From NCBI GenBank assembly GCA_016200225.1, contig JACQFD010000022.1, positions 175,362 to 239,361 of the forward strand: DNA of 64,000 nt, read 5' to 3'. Both the position numbers and the translations under genes were made by a program. The notes under the pieces are model-generated. The model searched no databases, had not been told where the DNA came from, and saw only the letters and a list, made by a program, of their open reading frames with translations. Positions 53,984 through 64,000 of the stretch are shown piece after piece; positions within the stretch are counted from its first letter, which is position 1; the number at the start of each line of letters is the position of its first letter. Origin of the DNA: Planctomycetota bacterium. Its GTDB lineage: Bacteria; Planctomycetota; UBA1135; JACQFD01.

Positions 53984-56527
53984 ATGAAACCAGCCCATCG
54001 CAACGCATTCGTACTATTCATACCGTTTTTATTTGTAGCTTTCGCGCGCGCGCAGACGCCCGCCTCGGCTCCGGCGACGCTACCGGCGATCGACTCCGGG
54101 GCGGCCGCGTGGGTCGACCGCGTTTATGATTTGAAGCATCTCGATTTCGATCTTTGGTTCGATCTCGAAAAACGCACCGTGCGCGGAACCGTCGCGCAAA
54201 CGCTCGCGCCGATTTGTAATGGAGTGAAAGAATTGCCTTTCGACGCCGAGGAAATGCGCATTCTGCGCGCGACTGTCGACGGAGGCGAAGTTTCGCTTCG
54301 GACGACGGATAAAAAAGTATATTTACAGTTACGCGAACCGGCGAAGGCGGGCGCCGACCTTAAAGTTACATTACAATACGAGGCGTGGCCGACGACGGGC
54401 TTGCACTGGGGCGCGCCCGAGCCCGGCTACGAATCGAAATGGTATCAATGCTATTCGCAGGGCGAAGGCGAGGATAATCATCATTGGATTCCGCTTCATG
54501 ATTATCCGAACGACCGCGCGACTTGGGATTGCACGCTGCACGTCGCGAACGGTTATGTCGCCGTCGCAAACGGAGCCGCGTCGCCGCCCGTCGACGATCC
54601 CGGAGGCAAAACGCGCGCATTTCACTATTCGCTCGAACAACCGAATGTAACTTATCTTATTTCGGTGGCGATCGGACCGTGGGAGCGGTTCGAGGACCGC
54701 TGGAACGACGTCGCCGTCGAATATTATGTCGCGCGCGGCGTCGGCGAGGAGCGCGCGCGGCGGTCGTTCGGGAAAACGCCCGCGATGATCGACTTTTTTA
54801 GTAGTTGGACCGGCGTGCCGTATCCTTATGTTAAATATTCGCAAACGGCGGTGGAGGAGTTCGTCGTCGGCGGCATGGAAAACGTCTCGGCGACGACGCA
54901 GACGGACACCACGCTCCACGACGCACGCTCGCATCTCGAACGCGATTCCGACGGACTCGTGGCGCACGAACTCGTGCATCAGTGGTGGGGGGATTTGTTA
55001 ACTTGCAATGGCTGGCGGCATCTGTGGCTCAACGAGGGCTTTGCTACTTATTTTACCGCGCTGTGGTTCGAACACGAAAAAGGGCTCGACGGCTATCGTT
55101 TATATATGGACGGCCAGCGCTCGGGATTTCTCGCGGCCGATCCGGTCGATGCGCCGAGGCCGATGGTGACATCGCCGTGGGCGCGCCGCGGCGACGGCGC
55201 GAACGCGCACGTTTATACGAAAGGTTCGAGCGTTTTGCATATGTTACGATTCGTCGTCGGCGACGAATTGTTTCAAAAATCGCTGTCCGCTTACGCCAAA
55301 AAACATGCATTACAATTGGTCGAAACGCGCGATCTCGAACGCGTCGTCGCCGACGTGACGGGGCGCGGATTGGAGTGGTTCTGGCAGGAATGGGTATACA
55401 TGCAAGGCGCTCCGGCGCTCGAGATTTCACAATCGTACGATTCGGAAAAGAAAATGAGCGAAATCGTCGTGAAACAAACGCAAAAAATCTCCGCGACGAC
55501 GCCGATCTTTAAAATGCCCGTCGATGTATTGTTAGGTTACGCGGACGGCCGCACCGATCTGCGGCGCGTGTGGATCGACGCGGCGGAAAATAAGTTTAAT
55601 TTTAGTGTTCCCGAACGGCCGGCATTTATAAATTTTGACGAAGGCTCGTGGTTGACGGCGCGCGTCACTTTCGAAAAGCCGGTCGCCGAACTCGCGGCGC
55701 AGGCGGAACTCGATCCGGACGTCGTCGCGCGGCGCCGCGCGTGTCAACAAATCGGAACGAAACTCGCGTCGGCCGACGAAGCGACGGCGCCGCTCGCGGT
55801 CGCCGCGCTCGTGAAAAAGTTAAAATCGAAAGATCATTATGAAGTCGCCGCCGCCGCAGCAGCGGCGCTCAAAAATAAAGACTCGAAGGAATCGCGGGAG
55901 GCGCTGACGGCAGCGCTCAAGGCGACGGAACCCTCCGTGCGCCGGTCGGCCGCCGATTCGCTCGGAGGCATCGTTAAAGACAAGGATATTACAATTTGCG
56001 AGGAACTGAAGCGCGTTGCGGTCTCGGATCGCGCGTACGGCGTGCAGTCGGCCGCGACGCGCGCGCTGACTACAATTTTGGGCGCCGAGTCGTTTGATTT
56101 CGCGAAAGAAATGACACAATTCGCAAGCGAACGCGACGCCGTGCGGATCGCCGCGCTCGATTGTTTACAACAATTGGATCCGGCGCGCGCGCTCCCGGCG
56201 CTGCTCGAAGCCGCGAAAGCGGGAAATAGTTATGAGTTGCGTTCGAGCGTTTTGAGTACGCTCTCTTCGCTGCAACGGGACGAAAAACGCGGCGCGAAAC
56301 TCACCGCCGCCGACCGCGAGTCGATTCTCGCCGCGACGCGCGAAGCGGCGAAAAGTAATTATTATAGATTGCGGACGTCGGCGATCGCATGGCTCGGACG
56401 ATTCGATGTTTCAAGCACCGGCGCCGACCTCGATCGCATCATAAAAGAAGCGCGCGACGCGCGCGACAAGCGGGCCGCCGAGGGCGCGCAGCGCGAGCAG
56501 AAAGCGCGGACGCCCAAGCAACCGTAA
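53984..56527 (+). CDS. secreted M1-family aminopeptidase (aminopeptidase N-like) with C-terminal HEAT repeats
   Basis: Signal peptide present. GGMEN exopeptidase motif. HELVHQWWGD-x18-E zinc site (NEGFATY). The C-terminus has repeated (A/S)VRxxAxxALG units. Confidence 0.85.
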   Translation: MKPAHRNAFVLFIPFLFVAFARAQTPASAPATLPAIDSGAAAWVDRVYDLKHLDFDLWFDLEKRTVRGTVAQTLAPICNGVKELPFDAEEMRILRATVDGGEVSLRTTDKKVYLQLREPAKAGADLKVTLQYEAWPTTGLHWGAPEPGYESKWYQCYSQGEGEDNHHWIPLHDYPNDRATWDCTLHVANGYVAVANGAASPPVDDPGGKTRAFHYSLEQPNVTYLISVAIGPWERFEDRWNDVAVEYYVARGVGEERARRSFGKTPAMIDFFSSWTGVPYPYVKYSQTAVEEFVVGGMENVSATTQTDTTLHDARSHLERDSDGLVAHELVHQWWGDLLTCNGWRHLWLNEGFATYFTALWFEHEKGLDGYRLYMDGQRSGFLAADPVDAPRPMVTSPWARRGDGANAHVYTKGSSVLHMLRFVVGDELFQKSLSAYAKKHALQLVETRDLERVVADVTGRGLEWFWQEWVYMQGAPALEISQSYDSEKKMSEIVVKQTQKISATTPIFKMPVDVLLGYADGRTDLRRVWIDAAENKFNFSVPERPAFINFDEGSWLTARVTFEKPVAELAAQAELDPDVVARRRACQQIGTKLASADEATAPLAVAALVKKLKSKDHYEVAAAAAAALKNKDSKESREALTAALKATEPSVRRSAADSLGGIVKDKDITICEELKRVAVSDRAYGVQSAATRALTTILGAESFDFAKEMTQFASERDAVRIAALDCLQQLDPARALPALLEAAKAGNSYELRSSVLSTLSSLQRDEKRGAKLTAADRESILAATREAAKSNYYRLRTSAIAWLGRFDVSSTGADLDRIIKEARDARDKRAAEGAQREQKARTPKQP

Positions 56528-56543
56528 ATTTGTTAATTTAATA

Positions 56544-58625
56544 TTACTTTTCGGACGGACGGCTCGCGAGATCGGGGTCGATCTTCGTCAATTCGCTCTC
56601 GAGTTTCTCGCGCAGATCCGCGCGCTTCTCCTCGTCGAGCGTCCAGCGCATGGAGCGCAGCGTCATCGCGGGCGTGTGGCTGAGGCCGTCCTCGACCTCG
56701 CCGATTTGTGGTTTTCGCGCGAACGCGGCGGCGAGGTCCGCGACGGCCGCGTCGAGATTTCCGACTTCGAGCTCGACGCGCGCGCGTCCGGCGAGAGCGA
56801 GCGATATGTAATGTTCGGACGATTCATGATAATCCGGCACGAGTTGCGCGCTCTTTTCGAATAGTGCAATCGCCCGTCCGTAAGCCCCGTTGGACTCCGC
56901 GTCGCGTCCGCCCTTTTTATAATATTCGGCGGCGGTGATGCTCGCGAAACCGGAGAACCAGTGCGCGGCGCCGCTGCCCGGAGTTTTCTTTACCATTTCC
57001 GAATAAGTAGTCTCGAGCGCGTCGAGGCCGCGATCCTCGAGAATGCGCGCGCGCAGCCGCTCGTGGAGCGCGGCGGCGTCCGGAAATTTATGTAGTCCTT
57101 TCTCTAATATTGAATATCCGACCTCGACGGCGTCGAGCCAAAATAACAAATCGACGTGTTGCGCGAATGTGTCGGCAACCGCGAGCGGGTGCGCTTCCGC
57201 GACGCTGTACGCGACGTGCGCGTCGGAAAGCCACTGCGCGGGCCATTCTTTATTAGCGTTCTGATCGGCCGCGATGCGCGTGTACATCGTCCGCGCGAAC
57301 ATCGCGAGACCGTTGAATGTATTCTTACTAAACGCGTCGGCGAGAAGTCCCGGCAGCGCTTTCCGGAGTTCGGCTTCGATGGACTCGGGATGATTTTGAT
57401 AATTCGCGACGAGCGCGCGGAGCAAATGATACTGTTCGGAGTCGGCGCCGAGTTTGCGCGCCTGATCCAGCGCGGCGCCCGCGTCGGCGAGGAGATATCC
57501 GGGGTCCTTCCCCGCCGCCATCCGGTTTTCGGCGAATTGTAATGTTAACGACGCCAGCTTCGTTGCCAGCGCGGGATCCTTGGATTCCTTCAATTGCGCC
57601 GCGCATTTTTGTATTTGCGTGTCCAACTCGTCCGCGTCGGGCGCGGCGGCGGCCGGCGCCGGCTTCTTCAATTGTTCGAACCACGCGTTTGTATTGATAA
57701 TATTCGATTTCGACGAAAGCGCCTTGAATACGGTCGTCACCCAGCGCGCCCGCGCACTGTCCTTCGATAGTCTTGTAAGCACCGTGACGAGGGCGTCGCG
57801 TTCCTCGCCCGACTTCGCGCGCCGGAGGGCTTCTACTAATAATGAAACCGAATGCGGCGTCGCGCGCGCGACGAGCGCCTTGCGCGCGAGCGCGGCGACC
57901 GTTTCGTTGGAATCATAAACTCCCAAACGTATCAAATCCGTCGCGTCGCCGCTCTTCGAGTTCAACGCGGATTCCAGCAGCGATTTTCGTTTGTTTATAT
58001 CGCCTTGAATATAATCTCTCTCCGCCGCCTCGCGATCCTTCACATCGACGCCAGCCGCAGAGGACGGCTCCGCCTTCGGCGCCGCGGACGCGGCATTGTC
58101 GCGAAGCGCCTTGACGACGGGCGACGCGTCGAAATTAAGAAAACAGTCGAATAGTATCTTTCCGTCGTCTGAAACGCCGATGTGGCGCGGCGCGACGCGC
58201 TGGTTTTTGAAATATTTATCGAAAACGCGCGGTTCGAGTTCGATATGTTCGCCGCACGTGACGCGGCCGAATCGCGGACACGGTATGCGTTTGCCGGAAT
58301 CATCATAATCGCGCGCGTTGTGGCGATCCACGGAAACGATCAATGGAATATAAACATTTGCGAGCTTGGCGAATTCCGCGGTCCGGTAGCGAATTCCCGC
58401 ATAATTTTCGCTCGCGGCCTCGCCGTCCATATTGACGCATATTAACAATGGACGACCCGTCGCGAACGACAACGCGAGCGCGTCGTCGTAGTTGCGTTGC
58501 CATTCCACGAGCGGCGGCTGTTTCCAATTGGCCGCGCGCGGAGCCGCCCACGATTCGCGTTGCGCGAAAACGGCGGGCGCGAATATTAGTAAAAAACAAA
58601 AAACGAACGGGAAACGCTTGATCAT
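56544..58625 (-). CDS. secreted thioredoxin-like-fold domain protein with TPR-like helical repeats
   Basis: Start at MIKRFPFVFCFLLIFAPAVFA; the six-frame ORF extends to 58685. The N-terminal thioredoxin-like domain has no CxxC. The long C-terminal part is alpha-helical and repeat-rich. Confidence 0.5.
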   Translation of the reverse strand: MIKRFPFVFCFLLIFAPAVFAQRESWAAPRAANWKQPPLVEWQRNYDDALALSFATGRPLLICVNMDGEAASENYAGIRYRTAEFAKLANVYIPLIVSVDRHNARDYDDSGKRIPCPRFGRVTCGEHIELEPRVFDKYFKNQRVAPRHIGVSDDGKILFDCFLNFDASPVVKALRDNAASAAPKAEPSSAAGVDVKDREAAERDYIQGDINKRKSLLESALNSKSGDATDLIRLGVYDSNETVAALARKALVARATPHSVSLLVEALRRAKSGEERDALVTVLTRLSKDSARARWVTTVFKALSSKSNIINTNAWFEQLKKPAPAAAAPDADELDTQIQKCAAQLKESKDPALATKLASLTLQFAENRMAAGKDPGYLLADAGAALDQARKLGADSEQYHLLRALVANYQNHPESIEAELRKALPGLLADAFSKNTFNGLAMFARTMYTRIAADQNANKEWPAQWLSDAHVAYSVAEAHPLAVADTFAQHVDLLFWLDAVEVGYSILEKGLHKFPDAAALHERLRARILEDRGLDALETTYSEMVKKTPGSGAAHWFSGFASITAAEYYKKGGRDAESNGAYGRAIALFEKSAQLVPDYHESSEHYISLALAGRARVELEVGNLDAAVADLAAAFARKPQIGEVEDGLSHTPAMTLRSMRWTLDEEKRADLREKLESELTKIDPDLASRPSEK

Positions 58626-58675
58626 GGCATGGTACCGGACGGCAAATCCGGCCGCGTCCGCCGCGGCCCGCGACA

Positions 58676-60190
58676 ATGGTATCAAAAAACCGGCGTGGGT
58701 GGCATAAAATGGACGGCTTCATGAACGAGGAACGCGACCCGCGGTTTCGCAGAGACCCGCTCGAACAGCGGGCGCAGATCATTTCAATTGTCGGAATTGT
58801 TGCGTTTCTAATTTGGAATCTGCCGCGAACGCTTGCGGTGATTTCAAACATTCCCGGTCTGGCGCAGATCGAGGGGGCCGTCGTCCATATGGGCTCGCTC
58901 GAGTGGCGCGGAATCAATCCGTATCCCGATCCGTTAAATGATAAAAACATTTCGTTTTTGTATGGTCCGTTGGGGCCCCAAATTCTGGGTCTCGCTTGGT
59001 TGATCGGCGGCGGGTCCTTCGTTCTGCCGCGCGCCGTGAGCACGATCGCGATGTTCGCGACGGGCGCCGTGCTCGGCCGATTCGTCGGGCATCGGCGCGG
59101 TTGGCTCGCGGGAGTCTGGGCGACGGCGGCGAGTATTGCAATATTATCAACTTTCTCGGGGTTCTTTTCGCTCGCGCGCATCGACAGTCTGAGTAATTTG
59201 TTTATTATCCTATCCATCACATTCGGCATCGATTACGTCGAAAAGCGCGCGGATTTGCGTCCGGCGGCGGCGGCGATGGCGTGCGCCCTCTTGTGCCGGC
59301 AGACCGCGGTCGTGCCGCTTTTGTTATTAACATTTACGGTTTGGTGGCGCCGCGGATTCGGCAACGCCGCGCGCTATGCGCTCGTTCCATTGTTTATTTT
59401 CGCGCTGACGGCGATCGCTTACCATCTCGCGTCCGGCGGATGGAGTTCGAAATATATCTTTTCGCCCGGACAGCACGCGTGGGCGTTCACCGAACTCGCG
59501 CAGACGATGCGGCGGTTGTTCATTTCGCCCGAAATGTGGTTTTTCTGGATATTATTTATTTTCGGATTTCGCGCCGTCCCGACGTGGTGGGCGATCGTCT
59601 GGTGTCCGATATTCTTATTAACAATTGCGCATTCGAGCCGCTGGGCCGCGCTCACGATTTCGCTCGCGCCCTCGCTGCTCATGGCGGTGCCGATGGCCGC
59701 GTGCGCCGCCGTGCGGGAACGGCGCCGCGCCGCGCCCGTACGCTGGATTGTACAGTTGTCATTTATAGCGTTTCCCGTCGCGCTGTTTTTTGTCAAGCTC
59801 CCGCCGTGGGGCTGCGAGAATTTAATCAATGCGCGCGTAGCGCGACGTGCCGTCGAAGAGGTCGCGGCGCATCCGGGGCGCGTCCTCGTGAATGGTTATC
59901 AGGATTATGCGCTGCTTGCGGGCGCGGGCGAACTCGACGACGTGCATTCGGCGCTCGGGCCGGACACCGCGGGCGATCCGGCGCTGGACTTTATAAATAA
60001 TAATCTCAAACGTAAACGTTATTCGATTCTACTGCTCAAGATCGGCGAACTCCGCGGACAGGCCGATAGTATATTAAATATCCGGCCTTCGACGGCCGAC
60101 GGTTTGCGGAGATGCGCCGCTTCGATCGAACATAATTACCATCGTGTCGAAGGTGATTTCGGCGCCGCGGACGCGTTCGTCCCGAATTGA
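58676..60190 (+). CDS. polytopic membrane protein, possible glycosyltransferase (DUF2029/GT87-like, tentative)
   Basis: About 10 TM segments, with an aromatic/positive-rich periplasmic C-terminus. The start may be the ATG at 58709 or 58721. Confidence 0.4.
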   Translation: MVSKNRRGWHKMDGFMNEERDPRFRRDPLEQRAQIISIVGIVAFLIWNLPRTLAVISNIPGLAQIEGAVVHMGSLEWRGINPYPDPLNDKNISFLYGPLGPQILGLAWLIGGGSFVLPRAVSTIAMFATGAVLGRFVGHRRGWLAGVWATAASIAILSTFSGFFSLARIDSLSNLFIILSITFGIDYVEKRADLRPAAAAMACALLCRQTAVVPLLLLTFTVWWRRGFGNAARYALVPLFIFALTAIAYHLASGGWSSKYIFSPGQHAWAFTELAQTMRRLFISPEMWFFWILFIFGFRAVPTWWAIVWCPIFLLTIAHSSRWAALTISLAPSLLMAVPMAACAAVRERRRAAPVRWIVQLSFIAFPVALFFVKLPPWGCENLINARVARRAVEEVAAHPGRVLVNGYQDYALLAGAGELDDVHSALGPDTAGDPALDFINNNLKRKRYSILLLKIGELRGQADSILNIRPSTADGLRRCAASIEHNYHRVEGDFGAADAFVPN

Positions 60191-61089
60191 CGGCCCCGAT
60201 GCAACAAAAACACGAAAACGCGCTCCCCGCGCTCGCATTCTGCGCATGCACGCTGATCTGGAGCTCGACCTGGCTCGCGATCAAGATCGGTAATGATGAC
60301 TTGCCGCCGATGAACGGCGCCGCGCTGCGGTTTCTTGTCGCCACCGCGATATTATTAATTATCCAATCGGTTTGTCGCATTTCGATGCCGCGCGGCGCGA
60401 GGCAGTGGGGTGTCGTCGCTTTCGTCGGCGTCGTCCTCGTCGGTTTCGATTACGGATTGATATACTGGGCCGAGCAATTTCTGCCGACGGGATTGACGAG
60501 CGTCTTGTTCGCAACCATGCCATTGTTTACATTGGCGCTGGCGCGGTTCATGGGACTCGAGAAACTTACAATTCGAAAAACCGCGGGAATTCTCCTGGCC
60601 ATCGCGGGCGTGGGCATGCTCTCGCGCGAAAGACTACAAATGGATCCGGACGCGCTTCCGGCGGCGGCGGGCGTCCTCGGCGCCGCGCTCTGCTCGGCGG
60701 CGACGACGACGGTTACTAAAAAGTTCGGCAAGGATCTTCACCCGGTTTCTTTAAATGGATGGTCGGCGGCCGTCGGCGCTCTAATATTATATACCGCCGC
60801 GTTCGTTCACGGCGAAGGCGTGCGATTTCCGCAGTCGTTCCGCGGTTGGCTCGCCGTTTCGTATCTTGCCGTCTTCGGAAGCGTCATCGCATTTTTATTA
60901 TATTTCTGGCTTTTGCGGCGATGGGATTCCACGCGCTGCGGCATGGTCAGCGTGCTCACGCCGGTGCTCGCGATCGTGATCGGCGCGGCCGTCGCAGGCG
61001 AGAAAATTACAATTTGGCTGCTCGTCGGGGGCGCGTGCGTGCTCGCGGGGGTTTTTATAGCGATGAGACCGACGATAAAATTGCGTTAA
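60187..61089 (+). CDS. DMT superfamily transporter (EamA family)
   Basis: 10 TM helices with two EamA-like halves. The start is TTG at 60187 or ATG at 60199. Confidence 0.7.
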   Translation: MTAPMQQKHENALPALAFCACTLIWSSTWLAIKIGNDDLPPMNGAALRFLVATAILLIIQSVCRISMPRGARQWGVVAFVGVVLVGFDYGLIYWAEQFLPTGLTSVLFATMPLFTLALARFMGLEKLTIRKTAGILLAIAGVGMLSRERLQMDPDALPAAAGVLGAALCSAATTTVTKKFGKDLHPVSLNGWSAAVGALILYTAAFVHGEGVRFPQSFRGWLAVSYLAVFGSVIAFLLYFWLLRRWDSTRCGMVSVLTPVLAIVIGAAVAGEKITIWLLVGGACVLAGVFIAMRPTIKLR

Positions 61090-63667
61090 ATAGCAGTTTA
61101 AACGTCGCGTCGGTCTGCGCGCGGTGCTGGACGCGCAATCCAAACAATACGATCTTTCCTTTCCCCATTCCGATCTCGACCGCGCCCGCGGCGCCGCGAA
61201 GTTTCTCCTCGCCCTTGATGTATCCGGAAAGTAACAGATCGCCCTCTGCCGGGAACCGCGCGATCACGTTTCTATCGAATTTAATATTCGGCGGACTCGT
61301 CTTGAACGCGACATTCGAGGAGAAAAATCCGGCCGCCTCGTCCGGCATGCCGAACGCGATCGGATTATTATTCGACAATTTAATTTTTATTAATGAACCG
61401 GGACAGCTGAAGTCTTCGCGCTTCGCGCCCTTCAAGACATTCGTCACGGGCAGGTCCATCCGGTCGATCAGAAAATCGCAACTGGTTCCGAGCCCGATGA
61501 GCGTGCCGCCGCGTTCGACAAACGCTTTTAATTGTTTAATTCCGTCGGCGCCGATGCCTCCGCGGAATTCCTTGGGAAAAGGCATTCGCCCGGGTTTGGT
61601 CTCGCTTTTCGGTCCGCCGTCCCAAAGCACTTCCGGCGAGCTCTCGGGAATAATAAATGTATCGAGCATCGGGAGCAGCCGCGCGAGATCTTCATTATGA
61701 ATCATCTGCGGCTTCCAAACATAACGATCGACCACGTAATACGTCCAGCCCTTGTCGATTGACGGATCGTACGATTCATATATTCCCGTCTTGACGCCGC
61801 GCAGTTTTTGAGTCAAGTGATCGTCCACCTCGTCCACCGCGCCCGTTTCGATTTCATAACCTTCGTGGATCCATGAGGCCTCGGCCGATTTTACTAAAAA
61901 TGCTCCGGCGGGGAGCGATCGGCCATCCTTTGTTTTTAGCGATACGGTCGACCGGCCGAGCCAGTTGCGCTCCGCGATCGCGCGCCCGGCGGCGCGAAAG
62001 GCGTCATTTGACCGCGCGTCGATCGCTACATATTTTGCGGCTGCCGGGTCCGTCGCGTTTAGGACTTTTGGAAACGGCAATTTATCTAATATATTACCTT
62101 TCGGCGGAACGGTTTCCGGAAAATCGACGCGCTCGCACGCGACGCCCATCAACCGCGAGAGCGTCCAACCTGTAATATCATAGGGCCGCTGCGCGGCCGC
62201 CAAGTCGGGATAATGTTGATCTTCGAGCATGTCGCGGAGATAGGGGCCGAACGGCTGGTCGAGTCTCGCTACAAATGTGCCCGGCGCGAATTGATAATGA
62301 TCGAACGTCCACGGTTCTGTTAATTGTTCGACGCGGACGCCCGCGAGCATGAGCATTTCGACCATGCGCAGGCGCGCGGCGGCGTCTCCCGCGCCCGCCG
62401 GCATCGCGTACGCGCCGATGCGTCCGTTCGCGCGCCCTTTCGCGACGGCCGCGGCGGACATTTGATAACTATTCCAGAGAATGTCCTCGCGCTTGTCGGC
62501 GGCGAGCTTCAACGTCGTATAGGTTGCGATTTTTTGATAATCACAAATGTCGCGAACGTGCCAGGTGCCGCCGTTCCACGGATTCGGATAACGCGCGCTC
62601 GGCTCGCCGAAACTTACAATTCCGCCGCCGGGTTCGATTTCGGACGCGTCGACTTTCAATGGAAACGCAAGATTCGCGCTCGCGCATTCTGTTAATATAC
62701 CGATCGCGTTGTGCCACCACGGCGCGCGGCTGAGGCCGCCCTCCCACCAACCCTGAAAATAAGAATCGTGGGTCACGCCCGCCTTGCCGGCCGTTTCGAG
62801 ATCATAAGCAATCGCCTGGCCGAACAGATTCGCGCCGCGCCAGACGAGCGGATGCACCGCCCGATTTAACGGATCGCCGAACGGCGGCACGAAAAACCGC
62901 GCGCCGCGCGCACCCATTTGATGATGATCGACGAGCACGTGCGGGCGCCACGATTTGTATAATACATTCGATATATTGCGCGTTTCAGCGAGATTGAACG
63001 CGAACCAGTCGCGGTTGTCGTCGTGGCCGGCGATATAATGATATAAATACGGCATCGGCGCCCCCTCGTTCTCCGTGCCCGCCGTTTTTTCGACCCAACT
63101 CGCGACAAGTTCCTGTCCGTCCGGATTCACCGACGGAACGATTAATAATATCAAATGTTCGAACACTTTGTCGCGATCGAACGGCAGGTTCTTGTTCGCG
63201 ACAATTTCATACACGAGTTCCGAAGCCATTTGCGACGCCGCGACTTCGTCGGAGTGAATGCCGCACGTGATCATAACAGTTATTTTTCCGTCTTTCGCGA
63301 TCGCGCGCGCCTCCTCCGGATTTGTATGATCCGCCTCGATGAGTTTCGACGCGGATTCTTTCCATGCGGCCGCGTTTTCAAGATTCTTCGGATCGGACAG
63401 CACGAGCATCCAATGAATCAGGCCCTGCGTCGTGCGCCCCATGTTTTCCATTTGTATCCATTTCGATTTCTTGGAAAGCTCGATCCAATAGTCTTGCGCT
63501 TTTGTATACAGCGCGAGTTTTCCGTCGGCGCCCATCGGATACCCAAAAAACGCCTCCGGGCTCGGAACCGAGGCGGGCGATTCCTGCATCGCGGGCGCGA
63601 AAGCAAGAATGAAAGACGCGACAATCGTCATGGTCGGCATAGGGCTCCATCGTATGCTCCTTTCCAT
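61055..63667 (-). CDS. secreted M14-family zinc carboxypeptidase with large C-terminal extension
   Basis: Signal peptide (MTIVASFILAFAPAMQ). Zinc ligands are in GIHSDEV and VDHHQMG. 870 aa. Confidence 0.8.
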   Translation of the reverse strand: MERSIRWSPMPTMTIVASFILAFAPAMQESPASVPSPEAFFGYPMGADGKLALYTKAQDYWIELSKKSKWIQMENMGRTTQGLIHWMLVLSDPKNLENAAAWKESASKLIEADHTNPEEARAIAKDGKITVMITCGIHSDEVAASQMASELVYEIVANKNLPFDRDKVFEHLILLIVPSVNPDGQELVASWVEKTAGTENEGAPMPYLYHYIAGHDDNRDWFAFNLAETRNISNVLYKSWRPHVLVDHHQMGARGARFFVPPFGDPLNRAVHPLVWRGANLFGQAIAYDLETAGKAGVTHDSYFQGWWEGGLSRAPWWHNAIGILTECASANLAFPLKVDASEIEPGGGIVSFGEPSARYPNPWNGGTWHVRDICDYQKIATYTTLKLAADKREDILWNSYQMSAAAVAKGRANGRIGAYAMPAGAGDAAARLRMVEMLMLAGVRVEQLTEPWTFDHYQFAPGTFVARLDQPFGPYLRDMLEDQHYPDLAAAQRPYDITGWTLSRLMGVACERVDFPETVPPKGNILDKLPFPKVLNATDPAAAKYVAIDARSNDAFRAAGRAIAERNWLGRSTVSLKTKDGRSLPAGAFLVKSAEASWIHEGYEIETGAVDEVDDHLTQKLRGVKTGIYESYDPSIDKGWTYYVVDRYVWKPQMIHNEDLARLLPMLDTFIIPESSPEVLWDGGPKSETKPGRMPFPKEFRGGIGADGIKQLKAFVERGGTLIGLGTSCDFLIDRMDLPVTNVLKGAKREDFSCPGSLIKIKLSNNNPIAFGMPDEAAGFFSSNVAFKTSPPNIKFDRNVIARFPAEGDLLLSGYIKGEEKLRGAAGAVEIGMGKGKIVLFGLRVQHRAQTDATFKLLFNAILSSVSSL

Positions 63668-64000
63668 GACATCGCGACTCCTGCCGACGCTTCTCCTCGC
63701 ATGCTTTCCAATGTTGACTCAAGGCACCGAAACGAAACCCGCGAGCGCGCCGGTCGCGCGGCCGTTCAGCGAGATAGCTAATTTACCAAAGGCCGCGGCG
63801 GGCGCGATGCGCGTTTATTTGATGCGACACGGCGAATCCATCGCCAACGCGACGGGCGACGATCCGAAATTGACCGACGCGCAGAAAGATAAATTATCAG
63901 AAAAAGGCGGAAGGCAGGCGGCCGCGCTCGGTGCCGCGTTAAAGCCGCTCGCGCCGCGAAAAATTATACATTCCCCGGCGGTTCGCGCGCGCGAGACGGC
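63666..64000 (+). CDS. histidine phosphatase (phosphoglycerate-mutase-like) family protein, 5' partial at window edge
   Basis: Translation from the ATG at 63666 gives signal peptide MTSRLLPTLLLACFPMLTQG, then RVYLMRHGESIAN, which carries the RHG catalytic motif. Confidence 0.6.
   Translation, partial: MTSRLLPTLLLACFPMLTQGTETKPASAPVARPFSEIANLPKAAAGAMRVYLMRHGESIANATGDDPKLTDAQKDKLSEKGGRQAAALGAALKPLAPRKIIHSPAVRARET

Noticed and set aside
1-64000. CRISPR arrays, rRNA, tRNA, transposases, integrases, reverse transcriptases and restriction-modification genes.
   Set aside because: Scanning intergenic spacers and the ORF translations found no regularly spaced direct repeats, no RNA-gene-like conserved segments and none of the corresponding protein motifs. 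Absence is by eye only and should be confirmed with tRNAscan-SE, Infernal and ISfinder searches.

Overview
This is a GC-rich, CG-dinucleotide-rich 64-kb chromosomal segment that is densely coding on both strands. Gene content is consistent with a Planctomycetota/PVC-like or similar environmental bacterium: two ECF sigma/anti-sigma pairs, HEAT-repeat fusion proteins, many secreted peptidases (M61, M1, M14, S1, DUF885), a split methylmalonyl-CoA mutase with MeaB, and a PilM-PilN fusion. Lineage cannot be proven from sequence alone. I found no rRNA, tRNA, CRISPR array, transposase or integrase. Core metabolism includes carB, ribBA, aroB, folC, a thiolase/3-hydroxybutyryl-CoA dehydrogenase/acyl-CoA dehydrogenase beta-oxidation operon, and a B12-dependent mutase operon (B12-binding subunit, catalytic subunit, MeaB). 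Accessory content includes a vapBC module with a palindromic operator, a convergent orphan AbrB/MazE-type antitoxin-like gene, and a hipBA module directly downstream of an unusually long flotillin (SPFH) gene carrying internal tandem repeats. The most system-like unexplained cluster is a five-gene plus-strand block at 3.6-10.1 kb: secreted protein, ECF sigma, membrane anti-sigma, periplasmic HEAT-repeat/cyclophilin fusion, and membrane-anchored coiled-coil trypsin-like protease. Sequence-level oddities include two same-frame ORFs joined by a single in-frame TGA with a small hairpin downstream (about 50.2 kb), a 75-bp element (37351-37425) with 15-bp terminal inverted repeats flanked by a 7-bp direct repeat, several intergenic palindromes that look like operators, and a 36-bp AT-rich (about 80% A+T) spacer in the pilM/N-pilO-like pair. 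All product calls rest on motif recognition from the translated ORFs. No database search was possible.
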